From Adineta vaga (lineage: Eukaryota > Animalia > Rotifera): a stretch of DNA of 64,000 bases. This document shows, piece by piece, positions 39,399 to 52,076 of this stretch (position 1 is its first letter; each line of letters starts with the position of its first letter). Position numbers and translations under genes: made by a program. The notes under the pieces were generated by a model. That model made no database searches, was not told the DNA's origin, and saw only the letters and a program-made list of their open reading frames with translations. The stretch lies in the NCBI GenBank assembly GCA_021613535.1, contig CP075492.1, positions 4,154,001 through 4,218,000 on the forward strand, in the 5' to 3' direction.

Positions 39399-42310
39399 AT
39401 AGGTTTATTTGACTCGTTGAAGGATAAAAATACAAGTTATAATTAACTGAAGTAAGATAAAGCGTCGTGTCGAAATAGTTTTGGTCGTTACGCTTCTTGA
39501 GCCTTTATATACCTGTTTCTTTTCTCTCTTTTCTCTTTTTATCTTTATCTCGTTAACCAATTGAATGCAAGGAGAACGGTGATTTCCTTAAAACTTGTTA
39601 ACAGAAGAGAAAGTCAGACAGGAAAAGCCTCGTTTGTTGAATAAAAAAAACGTGTTTCTTGTTAGATAATATACGTAATTTTATGATTTTATAGAAAAAT
39701 CTTGACATGTAAATAATTCGGAAGAAGATAAGGTCAAAACTAATTAAAAAAGAACAAGTTTATTTGAGCTCTTAGAGTAATGGTAGTTTTCTTTATATAA
39801 CTAAATGACAAAGACGTACGATGAAAGAATGTATCATCATTATTAATAAAGATTACAAAAAACTTTGTGAAGCAGACATTCCCTGTAGTAATATAATGTT
39901 TACGTCTGGATGAGTCTTTCAACAAAAGTGATAATTTGAGATCTAAAATAACTATTATGAGACAAAATATTATTTCTTCATTTTCTTAACCTGAAATTTA
40001 TCATCAAATATAACTATGAAAAGATTTTTATATTGAAAGATAATACATGCTCAAATAAATGACCAATTATTAGATATTCTAGTAGGAAAGAATATCGATT
40101 TCAACATGCATATAATCGAGTAGATACACTGGAATGACGACGAAAAATAACCGAAGTTCATACAGTTCAACACAAATTGATGTATTTCATAGTCTATCGT
40201 TATTAAACTTAAACAATGAATATTAATATCGTTTGTACTTTAAAACTTCAGATTATTTTTGGTTATAAATGTGCTTTATCCATAAGATTCTTTCCGTACC
40301 ACATCAGATATTCATTTTTATGACTTGCCTCTAAAATGAAACGTTTCATCAAAGTAATTTTTTCATTATTAATATCTAACAGTGTATAATAAACAATTCG
40401 ATGTTTTACGGAGAATATGTTTCGCACCACTTGTTAATATATATACAAGTTAGTGAAGCGTGCATAGTTATGATGGTTTAAAAATGTCTTTGACATATCA
40501 AATATGATTGTCGATCTTCTTTTATACGAAGTTTTATTTCTGAACAATTTATTGAAGTTGAGAAAATGTACGTTTGTTGTGCAGATTTTTTCGCATGAAA
40601 TATTTATAAAAAAAAATCAAGCAATATAGAAAGATATTCTACAACGGTAACATACAAATGTTCCATTACAAATTTAATCACAGTACTATCAATTCAGTGA
40701 ATACTATACTTATATTGGTTATTGTCAGCAATGATAATAGTAATAAGAAAAATAGACAATCTATTTCAGTTATTATCAAGTATTGACATTCGAATATCTG
40801 AGTCAATCTTTGACATTACTCTGTAGTCTGCCAACATGAATTCTGTTATATTCAACTAACTACTTTTGTAATAATTTCTCATTCAGAAACCGACATTTTC
40901 TGTTCAGAAACATCATATCGAACAACTTATACCCAAAAATCTTATCTATTACCTTGATTTATATACCCAGAAATCGAGGTCACTGTAACCTATTTCCTTC
41001 TAGGGACAATTATTCTCCCTCTCTCTCTTTCTCACTGTCGAAAAGTATATTTTCAGACCGATTCAATCACAAAAGAAGAATTTAACAAGAAAAATTTTTC
41101 TACCGGAACAATGACATTCAATCAATGTTTTAGAATTGCTTTTATGATTTTACCACATATATATCTTCTCTTATAAAATATCGCCATTTTTCAAACTTCA
41201 AAAATCAAATCTTGTTTCTTCCGAACATTTGCAAGTAAAACGAGTACGTTTTTGACTATATTCATCTTTGAAAAACGTTTCATAGATAAGTAGATCTTTA
41301 CTTAATAGAACAGTTCATCATGCGATATAATCAATAGGAAACTAATTAGTTCCATACTCGTTTTCCTTTCATTCACGAACAAGGGTGTGGTAATAGTAGA
41401 ATATATGATTAATATATTATTTCTACACTACATGTCAATTATAGTCATTAGATTATCGAAGGAAATGTTTCTATAGTTAATGAAGACTATTTATAGATAA
41501 TTAGTATTCTATCATGCAAAGTTACGGAACAGATAAAATAATTGTTCGAATTTATTCAAGAAAAATTTTTAATTTTCTCCTAGAATACGTTGCATGATAT
41601 TTTAGTTTTCAATGTCTATTTTATTAAATTATAATCTCCAGAATTCATTACTAGGTAATTTTGTTACATATGAGCATATTCATCGTTGATACAACGTTCA
41701 TTCAATAGACTATATTTTATCGTCGAAGAAAATCTATTTATTAATTATTAGAAGGAATATGATCTAGTTCATTGAAATCTTATTTCAAGTTTCATAGAAT
41801 TACTATTCTTTTCTGAGAAAATCTACACCGAATGTTCTTTGATAATTAATTTAGACTTGCTTTTATTTCTTATTTTATTGATCGATAATAACAAGCCGAA
41901 TGTGTTTTCTTATATTTTTTTCACATGGTCGATTTTGAATAGGTAGATATACTTCTTATTCTAAGGTTCAAAATGAAAGAAACGTAAGAACATATAGAAG
42001 AGAAAGTAATTGTCAACATCCGTTTCTTGTCTATAATGAAATGGTGTTCTAGCGGGTATAGTTTTTCAATATATATATATATAACTGAAGAAAAAAGAAG
42101 CAATGAACGTCGAACGATGTGAAGCGATAAAAGAAGAAAAGGCAAAGAAGAGAAGCGAAAAGAAGAAAGGAAAAATGTCAGTTCTCTTCATTTCTTTTTT
42201 TTACTGATGTTATATTTCAGAGTAATTCTATTACTACTAATTATATTTTGGCATTACTCACTGAACACGGCAAACAATTGTATACTAGATGTGAGTCATT
42301 CTTGATATCA

Positions 42311-44348
42311 ATGCAACAAGCACAAGGATCGAATTTTCATAATCCTCGATTAAGTACAAGTTCATATTCGTCTCTCTCAGCAACAACAAATACTGTTCTT
42401 AATGGTCTTTTACCTTCTCATCGATTATCACAAACATCGGCTGGTGCAACCATATCTGCCGTTAATCAATTACAAAAAACGAATAATCGATTAAAACGAA
42501 TTAAAAGACTTAAACGTGCAAGTTTAATTCTTCTTCTAACTCTTATTCTAGCTTTCTTTCTTCTAACTACGATTGAATTTACCACGAAACTTGTTCAAAT
42601 TCAATCGAAAGAACATATCTTGAGTTATTTCAATTTCACTTTCTCGAATAATAATAATAATAATGCAAACAATTCGGACGAAGACCATATTCATTCTCCT
42701 ATTCGTGCATACTTCACATGTGTTTGGATTTTCAATAGTTTTCTACTTATTTGTTGTTTCATACTACACTCAATCAGCATTCGGCGTCATTCAAGTCGTG
42801 CTAGAACAGCTGCTGTCTTTCTCAGGTAGAAAAAAAAACTGATATTTCAGTGGACTAAAAAAATTTTAATTATCTAAATGTATATTTTAAAGGAGAAGAA
42901 ATATCCGTTATTAATTGAAGAAAGACATGAATAGAAAATTGTTTTCTTCCTAGTTCATGCATCCACATTGTAAATAAGAAGAAGAAGAAGAAAAAGAACC
43001 CACATACTTTTATGAATAGACCACCTCACAATGTTTGTTTCAAGGTCAGAGATAGAATATAAAAGAAATGCACAAAGGGGAAAAGTTTTCTTTTATTTAT
43101 TTACTTATTTTTTTATTTGTCATTAAATATAATTGATGTTGATGTTACTCATCAATGACATGAAGTTGACATATTTATTTTGTTTATTTAGAGAATTCGG
43201 TCAAATATTTGACAGTAGAAAATCTTCAACGAATAATACATTAGTTGATTGTTTAGTAAAAACTTGTTTATTATGTTCTCTCTGGTATTTATCATCCTAT
43301 TTAATCTTTCGTTCAATGTCGATTCTTATTTCAATGGAAATTATCATTATTTATTCAATCACAATAACAGCACGGCAATTTCTTGGATGGATATTTTTAC
43401 ATGAACAATTTGTTGGAAATAAGGTGAGTAAAATATGATTTCATTCGTTTCAATTCTTACGTTTTCAAATAGATTATTGCGTATACACTTAGTTTATCGA
43501 CATTACTTCTACTTGCACATGCAAATGGATTTCGTTTAAATACATTTTTATTCGGTCTTTCAATGGTAACATGTGGTGTTGTATTGAAAACAATATTTGA
43601 TGTAAATATTCATAGAGATTTTGAGAGAAAAGAAAGATTAAGTTCGATGCGCTATTTTTTTTGTAAAAATAGATTCTTGTCAATGGATTTATTCAAGATT
43701 TAACAAGTACTAAACTACGAATTGTAATGATTAATGTATTTTTCTGTGGAACATTTATTCTCTGGCCAATTTTATTACTTCTACATTTGATTGGAATCGA
43801 ACGATTTGATTTTAAATATATGCATTGGATATTAATCATTTTAACAATGATCTCTGCATTAAGTAAGAATTACAAAAAAAAATAGAAAGCTTCACATTCA
43901 AAATAAACGATTTCTTTTAGTATTCAATATATTAACAATTCTTATTCCATTCAAATATAGTTCAATAGCTAATGTTGCTTGTTTACTCTTTGTTATACCT
44001 GCCACGGCAGGTAAATATATTCTTTCTTAATCATTAATTGTTTATTTTTTTAATCATTTAGTTCTTGATCGATATTTATTGAATTCAAAATATCCACCAT
44101 TAGTTATTTCAGCTGTTGTATGTTCATTTGTTGGTATACTTTTATCGATGATACCGAAACAATGGTTTCAAACAAAGGATAAAACGAAAATGAAACAAGC
44201 ATTTGGATTACTTCATAAAGATTCTACTGCAACTGCTAATACAATAGTTGGAGTTGGAACATTTGGCGGAGGATCATCAGCATTGGATGAAATACGTGCT
44301 CAACGTCGCATTCGAAATGCCCTTTTATATAATGAGATGAAAACGTGA
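42311..44348 (+). CDS. SLC35F3/F4-like DMT-superfamily transporter (multi-exon)
   Basis: About 10 hydrophobic segments, FLGWIFLHEQFVGNK (EamA-like W.FL.E.F...K), EFGQIF. Confidence 0.6.
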
Positions 44349-45391
44349 TAGAATTTGATTACGATCTTGGATTACACTTGTCATTAGTCTATTTTGGTAA
44401 ATGAAAAATGAACTGTTAGATCGAGTGAGATGCAATGTGATATGCTAGATCAAATAAATATATATATATATATATATATTTATTTTTGTAAACGAAGGTG
44501 AAATTCAAGGTTAAAAACAATAATAAGAACGTTTAAATCGATTGCTGATTATTCAAACGGAATAAAAATGATTTCAACCGATAGAAAAGAAAAATATTTC
44601 ATGGTTTTCTATATACTGAATGAAGGGAAAAGTCAATAGACGAGTTTCTTTCTTTTCCTTTGACAACATATATGATTTATTATTTCTTGTCATAGCTGGC
44701 AACGAGAACAAATAGAAAAGAATACTTAGTATACAGAAGATTGTGACGTTCATAGAATCGAACTGTCTATTATCTACAAGAAAAAAAGATGTCAACAAAT
44801 CAAAATTTCAATCGTTTGTCTACTCACAATCTATTAAATATTGTTTGTATTTGTAAGTTCTCTAATTAGTCTTCTGTTTGCACTTCATTGTTGTTTGCAT
44901 TGATAAACATAGTTTCATGTTACTGACGTACGTACGTGTACGAGACATAGGATGAAGGTGAAGGAGTAAAAGCAAATGGGAAACAAGTATTAAAAGAAAG
45001 TACCTATGTTTCATCGAAAAGAATTACTTATAAAAAGAACAAACTTTTGCCGATATAAAAGCTCATTTTGATATTATATAAAGTTTTTAAAATGATGATT
45101 GAATACTTATTTTAATTCGAGTTCATTTTCTTTCTGCACCTCTCCTTTTGTTGCGTATACTTTATAAATAGATCAAGAACAATATATAACAAAATGTAGA
45201 TATTTGTCCGCAATAACCTATCAATTTCGAATTTCTATATTTGATACACGCAAGAGGCGTATGAAGTAAGAATAAAGTTAATGATGCGAAAACAAGAAGA
45301 AGATTATTATATGCGTATGCACTAATACACAATAAGTATAATCACTTATCATATTAACGTATCGAACGTTTAGTTCATTTCTCTACTCGAT

Positions 45392-46211
45392 ATGTTTCCA
45401 TCTAATGATCTGCCAAAGATTGTCAATAAGAATAGTGTTGTATCTGGTGATGTTCAACAAAAAAATAACAAACGTAAGGAATAAATTCTAGTTACGTGAT
45501 TTTATTCATAATTTCACGATATTCTTTTTAGATAGATTATCAATACCAGTACGTCATGTGCAATTTAAAACATTATTTTGTATGTTTTTTATCGTATTTG
45601 TTATTACACTTGCTGTTTTCATTGGGTTAATAAGATAAAATTTGATTGGAAAAATTATTTCTTCTTTTTGTTGTAGTTTAATATCAGTTTTTCTACCAAA
45701 AGCATCGGATAATATTCCTGTTATCTCAACAGTGGAAACATTCACATTAACTCATCGTTTCTCATTAACTTTAGAAACTGTCAATGCTTTGTTTCTGAAT
45801 AATAATTCTCTAATAGCCAATTATTATCTTAACGGTATCCAAAAGAATATTTTCAAAGCTTGTGTATATAAATAAAACAGATATCAATTTTGCTATTAAT
45901 ATGATATTTGTCATTTCATAGTTACAAATACGATTACACGAAGATGATCGAACAAAACAAATGATCATTCTTTCCATTGACAATGCACATGTTCAATATT
46001 CAGTGAAAAATCAAACGGTAAATCGATATATAAGAATTTAAACTACAATAAATTGTTGATAGTATTTTTTGTAGAAACTAATTTTAAGAAGAAAACGTCG
46101 ACAACTATCATCTCAAATTGATCAAGTCGATATTACATTTTCCGTACAATGTAATCCATCTATATCAAAACTCGATTGTCAACAATACATAGAATCTGTT
46201 CTGGAAAATGG
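45392..46211 (+). CDS. Type II membrane protein exons (TM + RRKRR furin-like site), possibly the 5' part of the MgtC gene
   Basis: Five exons joined by phase-compatible GT-AG introns. The last ends in a phase-2 donor (AAT GG|gtatgt). Confidence 0.55.
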
Positions 46212-46266
46212 GTATGTTTTTCTATGGACGCTAAAAAGATACTGTCAATAACTTTTCTTTATATAG

Positions 46267-46894
46267 AGAATCATTGACGTGTACATCAGTTGATGAAATG
46301 ATGGTTGAAACAAGTTCGACAACTTTAACGACCGTTGCAGATAAAAGACTGACAAAGATTCAACATTGGAGACAAGTTGGTCAAATTTTTCTCGCGTTTG
46401 GATTGACATCATTAGTGGGTCTTGAAAGACAATTACGAGGTAAAAATGCAGGTCTTCGTACTCATTCAATGGTTGGAACAACATCTGCATTGATATTACA
46501 AGTGAGTAAATATGGTTTTACTGATGTTATTCATGAAGGAATGGTTGTTCTCGATCCATCTCGAATTGCTGCACAGATTATCTCCGGAATAAGTTTTCTT
46601 GGTGCTGGTTTAATTATTACACGTCAAAGAGCAATTCGTGGTTTAACCACCGCTGCTTCTGTATGGTCAGCAGCTGCTATTGGTATGGCTGCAGGTAGTG
46701 GACTTTGGGTAATATCATTAGCTGTTACTGGCCTTCATTTTATTATTCTACTTGGATTTTTACCAACTGAAAAACGACTTCCAGTTTTTGATAAAAATTC
46801 TCCTTTTTATCTCAAACCTCATGAACCTAAGGACACTGGTGATGATGATGATGATGATGATGACGATGAAGATAACGATAATCAATCCGTGTAA
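46267..46894 (+). CDS. MgtC/SapB family membrane domain with acidic tail
   Basis: GLERQ...AGLRTH, DPSRIAAQIISGISFLGAG, GLTTAASVW.AAAIG.AAG.G. Confidence 0.92.
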
Positions 46895-47497
46895 ATTATA
46901 CTGATATAACTTGTATTACAATTTTGTCATTTTTTTCTCTTTCATTGAAAATAGAGATTTGCATACAATCGAAAACAAACTGAATATATATCGATATAAA
47001 TAATCATTTTCAACTACTTTCGTTTGATAAAATAAAATGTGAAACAAGTAGTATATATAGGTTATTTCATGCTACACAAAAAAAGTCATCCTTGTTTTAC
47101 CATGAAAGCAATTAAAAATTATCTATCCTAAAGTAATGTAACGAAACATATCTAATTTAATCAAACTATAGAAGCGAATCGTAACTAAGACACGATATAA
47201 CGATAGTTACATCAGATTGGATTATTTCAATCAGAATCAAATCATTGGTACTAGTAATAAAGAATATTATTCAAACTTTCTTTCTTCTTAAAAGAAAAGC
47301 AAGAGAAATCAATGTAGTTTTATAATTCAATAGATGGAGTAAGAACAGTTTATTTTGAAAATCGTTTTATCCTATTGGTTATTCCATAGAATATCTTCGG
47401 AGGCGTGTTCTTTCCTTATTATTTTCGTCGATGAAAGTGTTCTGATTCAAATAGTGTATGTGTGTATTTGTCCCGAAATATTTCCCAATATAAAACA

Positions 47498-48209
47498 ATG
47501 GTTCATTGTTCGTGGTGTAAACAAGAAAATCTCCGTAATGATTTTACTTATTGTAAATTAGAAGATGATGAAAAACATCATCTATGTTCATCATGTCATT
47601 TATCAGGTCATGCATGTCAATCTTCATGTCCATCATGTTGGCATGATTTTGCACAATTATTAATTTTACGAGATTGTTTATGTGCTGGCTGTATTAAACC
47701 ATTGGACAATAAGAAAATCTTTGATGCCGAAGGTCATCCGTTATGTTCTCAATGTCAAAATTGCATTCTTTGTTCATTTCGTGAACAAACAGAACAAGAA
47801 TTTTTTACACTACCATATCGTGAACATGAACCTCGAATACAAAATATTCTTTATCTAATGCAAATGTGCGTACAACGTGTAGAAATTGAACGTGAACCGT
47901 GTTCAATTTGTATCGAACCATTATATAGTAATGATCTCAATCCCGTGAAAACTCTTGATCAATGTCAACATCGATTTCATTCAAAATGTATAGAAAAATG
48001 GTTTAAAGAAAAACCATGTTGTCCTTGCTGTCGACATGTTTATCAAGATCATGATGAACCACGTAAATATTTTCATGAATTAATCGATTTTATATTTGGT
48101 TTTTGAAAATTATTTAGGATATAAACGAACACGTCGAGATCATTTTTTTGTCTTTCCTTCACATCATTTCAATCGTTTTGAATCGAATACATTGATGGAC
48201 ACTTATTAA
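47498..48209 (+). CDS. Cys-rich domain + RING-H2 finger protein
   Basis: CSICIE...CQHRFHSKCIEKWF....CPCCR. Intron ~48063-48118. Confidence 0.75.
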
Positions 48210-48401
48210 TTATGCTTATACATATATATTATTTTTTTTTCTTTTGGTATTTTCTGTGATATTTCGCTATTTTCTCCTTTTATTGTATATAACCTATTTA
48301 GTGTTATATTGCTTTCCTATTTTTCTTTCACATTTTTGGTTTTGTTCGAAATCTATCAAAGATTCATATATAATTATCAAACATATTAATGTGTTTTTCA
48401 G

Positions 48402-49721
48402 ATGGCGACTGCCTTCTTATCCAACAAATCAAACTTGTTTATGGTGTTCACAACCACTAATTGGATTTCAACAAACACAAGATTGTGCAAAACATACTAT
48501 TTGTGATAAATGTACATTTAAAAATTGTTTATGCCAATCACGATGTCCCTGTTGTTGGTATGATAATGGAACATCGTACGTATCAAAATATAATATATGT
48601 CCCGGTAAGTGAAATTGTTTGATGAATATTCATAAATATAATCAGTCATTTTAGCTTGTGGTAATCAATTCGTTCCAAGTGATAATTCGCCTCTTTGTTA
48701 TCATCAGCATAAACATTGTTTACAATGTTCACCTGGAAATTGTAACTTATGTAAATTGGTTCAATTACGTTCTATGGTTAATAATAGTAATTTTGAAAAT
48801 CTACCAGCAGATTGGCATCCGATTTTGCATGCATGTCATTCGATTGAACAGAAGTTTGAAGAACTTCAGCAAATGGACTCATATAATCCCAATGCATCAC
48901 TTCAGAGACAACAAACGGCAGAAATGGGTACTATGAATAATTCAGCGACAACAGCAAGTAATTTTTTTTCTTAGTAAAAATAAAACGGTAGAATTATTAT
49001 TATTACCTAGATTCAACTACGACAAATAATATTTGTGTCATATGCCTAGAAAATTTAGATGCAACAAGTGTGACGTTGCCTACATGTCAACATCATTTTC
49101 ATCAAGTTTGTATCGAACAATGGTTTCAATCGAGTGGAAAACAGTCATGTCCAACTTGTGGACATCTTTATGGAATAAGTAAAGGTATGTTATATCGCCT
49201 CAAATACTATCTAGGTAATCTCTTTATCTTTTTATTCAGGTCCTCAACCTGCTCTTGGTGAAATGAGAATTAATTATTTATCAACACCTTTACCTGGATT
49301 TACCAATGAACAATATGCTGTTAATGAAGGAGCAACAATTGAAATAACTTATACAATACCGTCTGGTATTCAAGGTCCTTTAAATCCTTTTCCTGGTCAA
49401 CCCTTTACCGGAACAAATCGCAAAGCTTATCTACCAAACAATCAAGAAGGAAAATATATATTACAATTACTACGACGAGCGTTTGATGATCAACATGTAT
49501 TTGCCATTGGCAAATCAGTAACAACAGGAGCTGATAATGTTGTCGTATGGAATGATATTCATCATAAAACAAGTATTAGTGGAGGACCGGAAAAGTATAG
49601 AATCTTCTATGGAAAATAATAGAGAAGATGATCCTTTGTTTTTAATTTTAGTTTTGGTTATCCTGATCTGACATATCTCTTACGTGTTCGTCAAGAATTA
49701 GCAGATAAAGGTTACAAATAA
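48402..49721 (+). CDS. Deltex-family (DTX3/DTX3L-like) E3 ligase: Cys-rich domain + RING-H2 + Deltex C-terminal domain
   Basis: GPQP..G.M, TIEITY.IPSGIQG, RKAYLPNN.EG, IGKSVTTG..NVVVWNDIHHKT, FGYPD.TYL.RV..EL. 5' end has a frame problem. Confidence 0.88.
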
Positions 49722-49843
49722 TAATGAAAAAATTCTTTTCTTATTTTGATGAAATTCTACTTTAACCTGATGATTTAATTGATACTTATTTCTTCTGATA
49801 TTATTTTGTTTTTCAGATAAAAGATTTACGAAAAATCCTAACC

Positions 49844-50854
49844 ATGGCTGCATCCTACTGGAAAAGTTCACAATTCGATCAATGGTTATTTGATCGCCAA
49901 GAATTAATGTCCTTTCGCCTTCGTGATATTGCATCATGGCCAACAACAAATAGTTCATCATCTCCAATTACTGAAGATGATTATTTAAAAATTTTGATCT
50001 TCTATTCCAATATCATTCAACATATTGGTGAACAATATAAAGTTCGTCAACAAGTTATTGCCACAGCTATTGTTTATATGAAACGATTTTATGCAAGATA
50101 TCCTTTGAAAAGTATTGATCCATGGTTACTTTGTCCAACTTGTTTATTTCTTGCTGCTAAAGTTGAAGAATTTTCTACATTGAATCATCAACGAGTTATC
50201 AATGCTGCAACAATAACTTTTAAGAAATATGTACATCTACTTAGTAAGTTTCTTTCTATAACATTTACCAAATGAAATCACTTGTTTAATTAAGGTACAC
50301 CCGGTGAATATCCATATGTTATAAAACATATTCTTGAATGTGAATTTTATTTACTTGAAATAATGGATTGTTGTTTAATTATCTATCATCCATATCGTTC
50401 ATTAGATATGTATACACGTGAATTTCAAATTGATTCTCCATTATTTGATGCTGCTTGGCGTATTATAAATGATTCGTTAAAGACAGATGCACCTCTTCTT
50501 TATCCTCCTTATGAAATCGCTCTCGCTTGTCTTTTACTTGCTGCAACTTATCGTGATAAAATAGCCATGTTAAAACAGTATATGATTGAAGCTCAAATTG
50601 ATATTGAAAGAATTTATGAAGTTGTGAAATTATTACTTAAACATTACGAATTAATGACAACTTATGATGCTGATTTACCAAATCATGATGGTAAACAAAT
50701 TAAAGAACTTTTAATGAAAGTACCTAAACCAAAATCAGCATCATCAGTATCATCACGTCCATCGTCTCAACCAAGTGAACAACAATTACAAATGAACATG
50801 CAACAACAAAATGGTCATGGTCTACAACAAAGTAATAATAATGGAAACATTTAA
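49844..50854 (+). CDS. CCNC: Cyclin C (intron ~50245-50294)
   Basis: MAASYWKSSQ, RQQVIATAIVYMKRFY, CLFLAAKVEE, ILECEFYLLE.MDCCLIIYHPYR. Confidence 0.95.
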
Positions 50855-51247
50855 GTTCAGATATGGTTGTTTTTTGTTTTTATTTAAATATGAATTTATT
50901 TTTCTCTTGTTTTGTTTTCTTTCAAATAAAACTTCATTTTTCACATATCAGAGAAATACTGAACATCATCATATATTGATTCATATATTCGATTGTATTA
51001 TGTATAGATTAAAAGGTTACTATTTGCTTCTAATGTTAACATAACGATCTCAGATTGAACCAGATGATGGTATGTAGGTCTTGGGTATCGAAAATGAGAG
51101 ATTGAAGAATGCTTTATCATTTTTACTTTATAAATGTTTGTCTTCAATTTCTGTGTACGGTTTATTATACTTATTAGATTCTATTTGAATTCGAACAGAA
51201 GTTATTTTTTACGAACCAAAGGCTCTTTCTTTTCTAGATAAATAACA

Positions 51248-51931
51248 ATGGCTAACGAAACTCTTCCGTCTTCATCTATTATAATTCGTTCATTTCAACC
51301 ATCTGATCTGCCTCATTGTCAAGAAATATTTGCTGCAGCGCATCGAGAGTACAATAATCCATGGGAATATATTCACGAGACTTTGCAGAAGGACATGGCT
51401 GATATAGAAAAGAATTATTTACAAATTCCAAATGGACATTATTGGGTGGCTGTATCGACAGAAGACAATCGTATCGTTGGTCAAGTGGCTCTTCAACCAT
51501 TGAAACTTGGTGATCCATCATTCTATAAAGAAGCACCTGAAGATGAACGTGATCAAACTTGTGAACTACTTCGAATGGCAACCACTGCTGATGTTCAAAG
51601 AAAAGGTGTAGGAAATAAATTACTTTCTACTTTGTTGAATTTTGCTCGTGAAAAAGGATATCATCGATTACATTTGACTACGTTAACCAGTATGCACAAA
51701 GCATGTGGATTTTATGAAAAAAATGGTTTTATTAAGGGTCGAGTTGAGAAAATCCCGATGAATCGTAACCAGGAGAATAAAATAGATATTGAAGAACTTT
51801 CGCGTAAGCCCGCAGGATATACTATTTTCGAAGTAAACTCACTAATACCAGAAGAAGATCAACAAATGATGAAATTGTCACCAAGTGTATCAAATGTTGT
51901 ATATATTCAACATTTTTCCAGAATGCTTTAA
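51248..51931 (+). CDS. GNAT family N-acetyltransferase (NAT8/camello-like), single exon
   Basis: DMADIEKNY...G.YWVA, CELLRM...QRKGVG..L, LTT.....A..FYEK.GF. Confidence 0.85.
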   Translation: MANETLPSSSIIIRSFQPSDLPHCQEIFAAAHREYNNPWEYIHETLQKDMADIEKNYLQIPNGHYWVAVSTEDNRIVGQVALQPLKLGDPSFYKEAPEDERDQTCELLRMATTADVQRKGVGNKLLSTLLNFAREKGYHRLHLTTLTSMHKACGFYEKNGFIKGRVEKIPMNRNQENKIDIEELSRKPAGYTIFEVNSLIPEEDQQMMKLSPSVSNVVYIQHFSRML

Positions 51932-52076
51932 ATGAATACTGAATGGTTTAAATTATTTACAGTTGAAAATCTTTCACAAATTTGAATGATTAAATGATTC
52001 TAGTTTTAATATGAAATGATTGAAAAACAGTTTTGTGATTTTATTTTGCTTTTTTCAAATAAATTAAATAATGATG

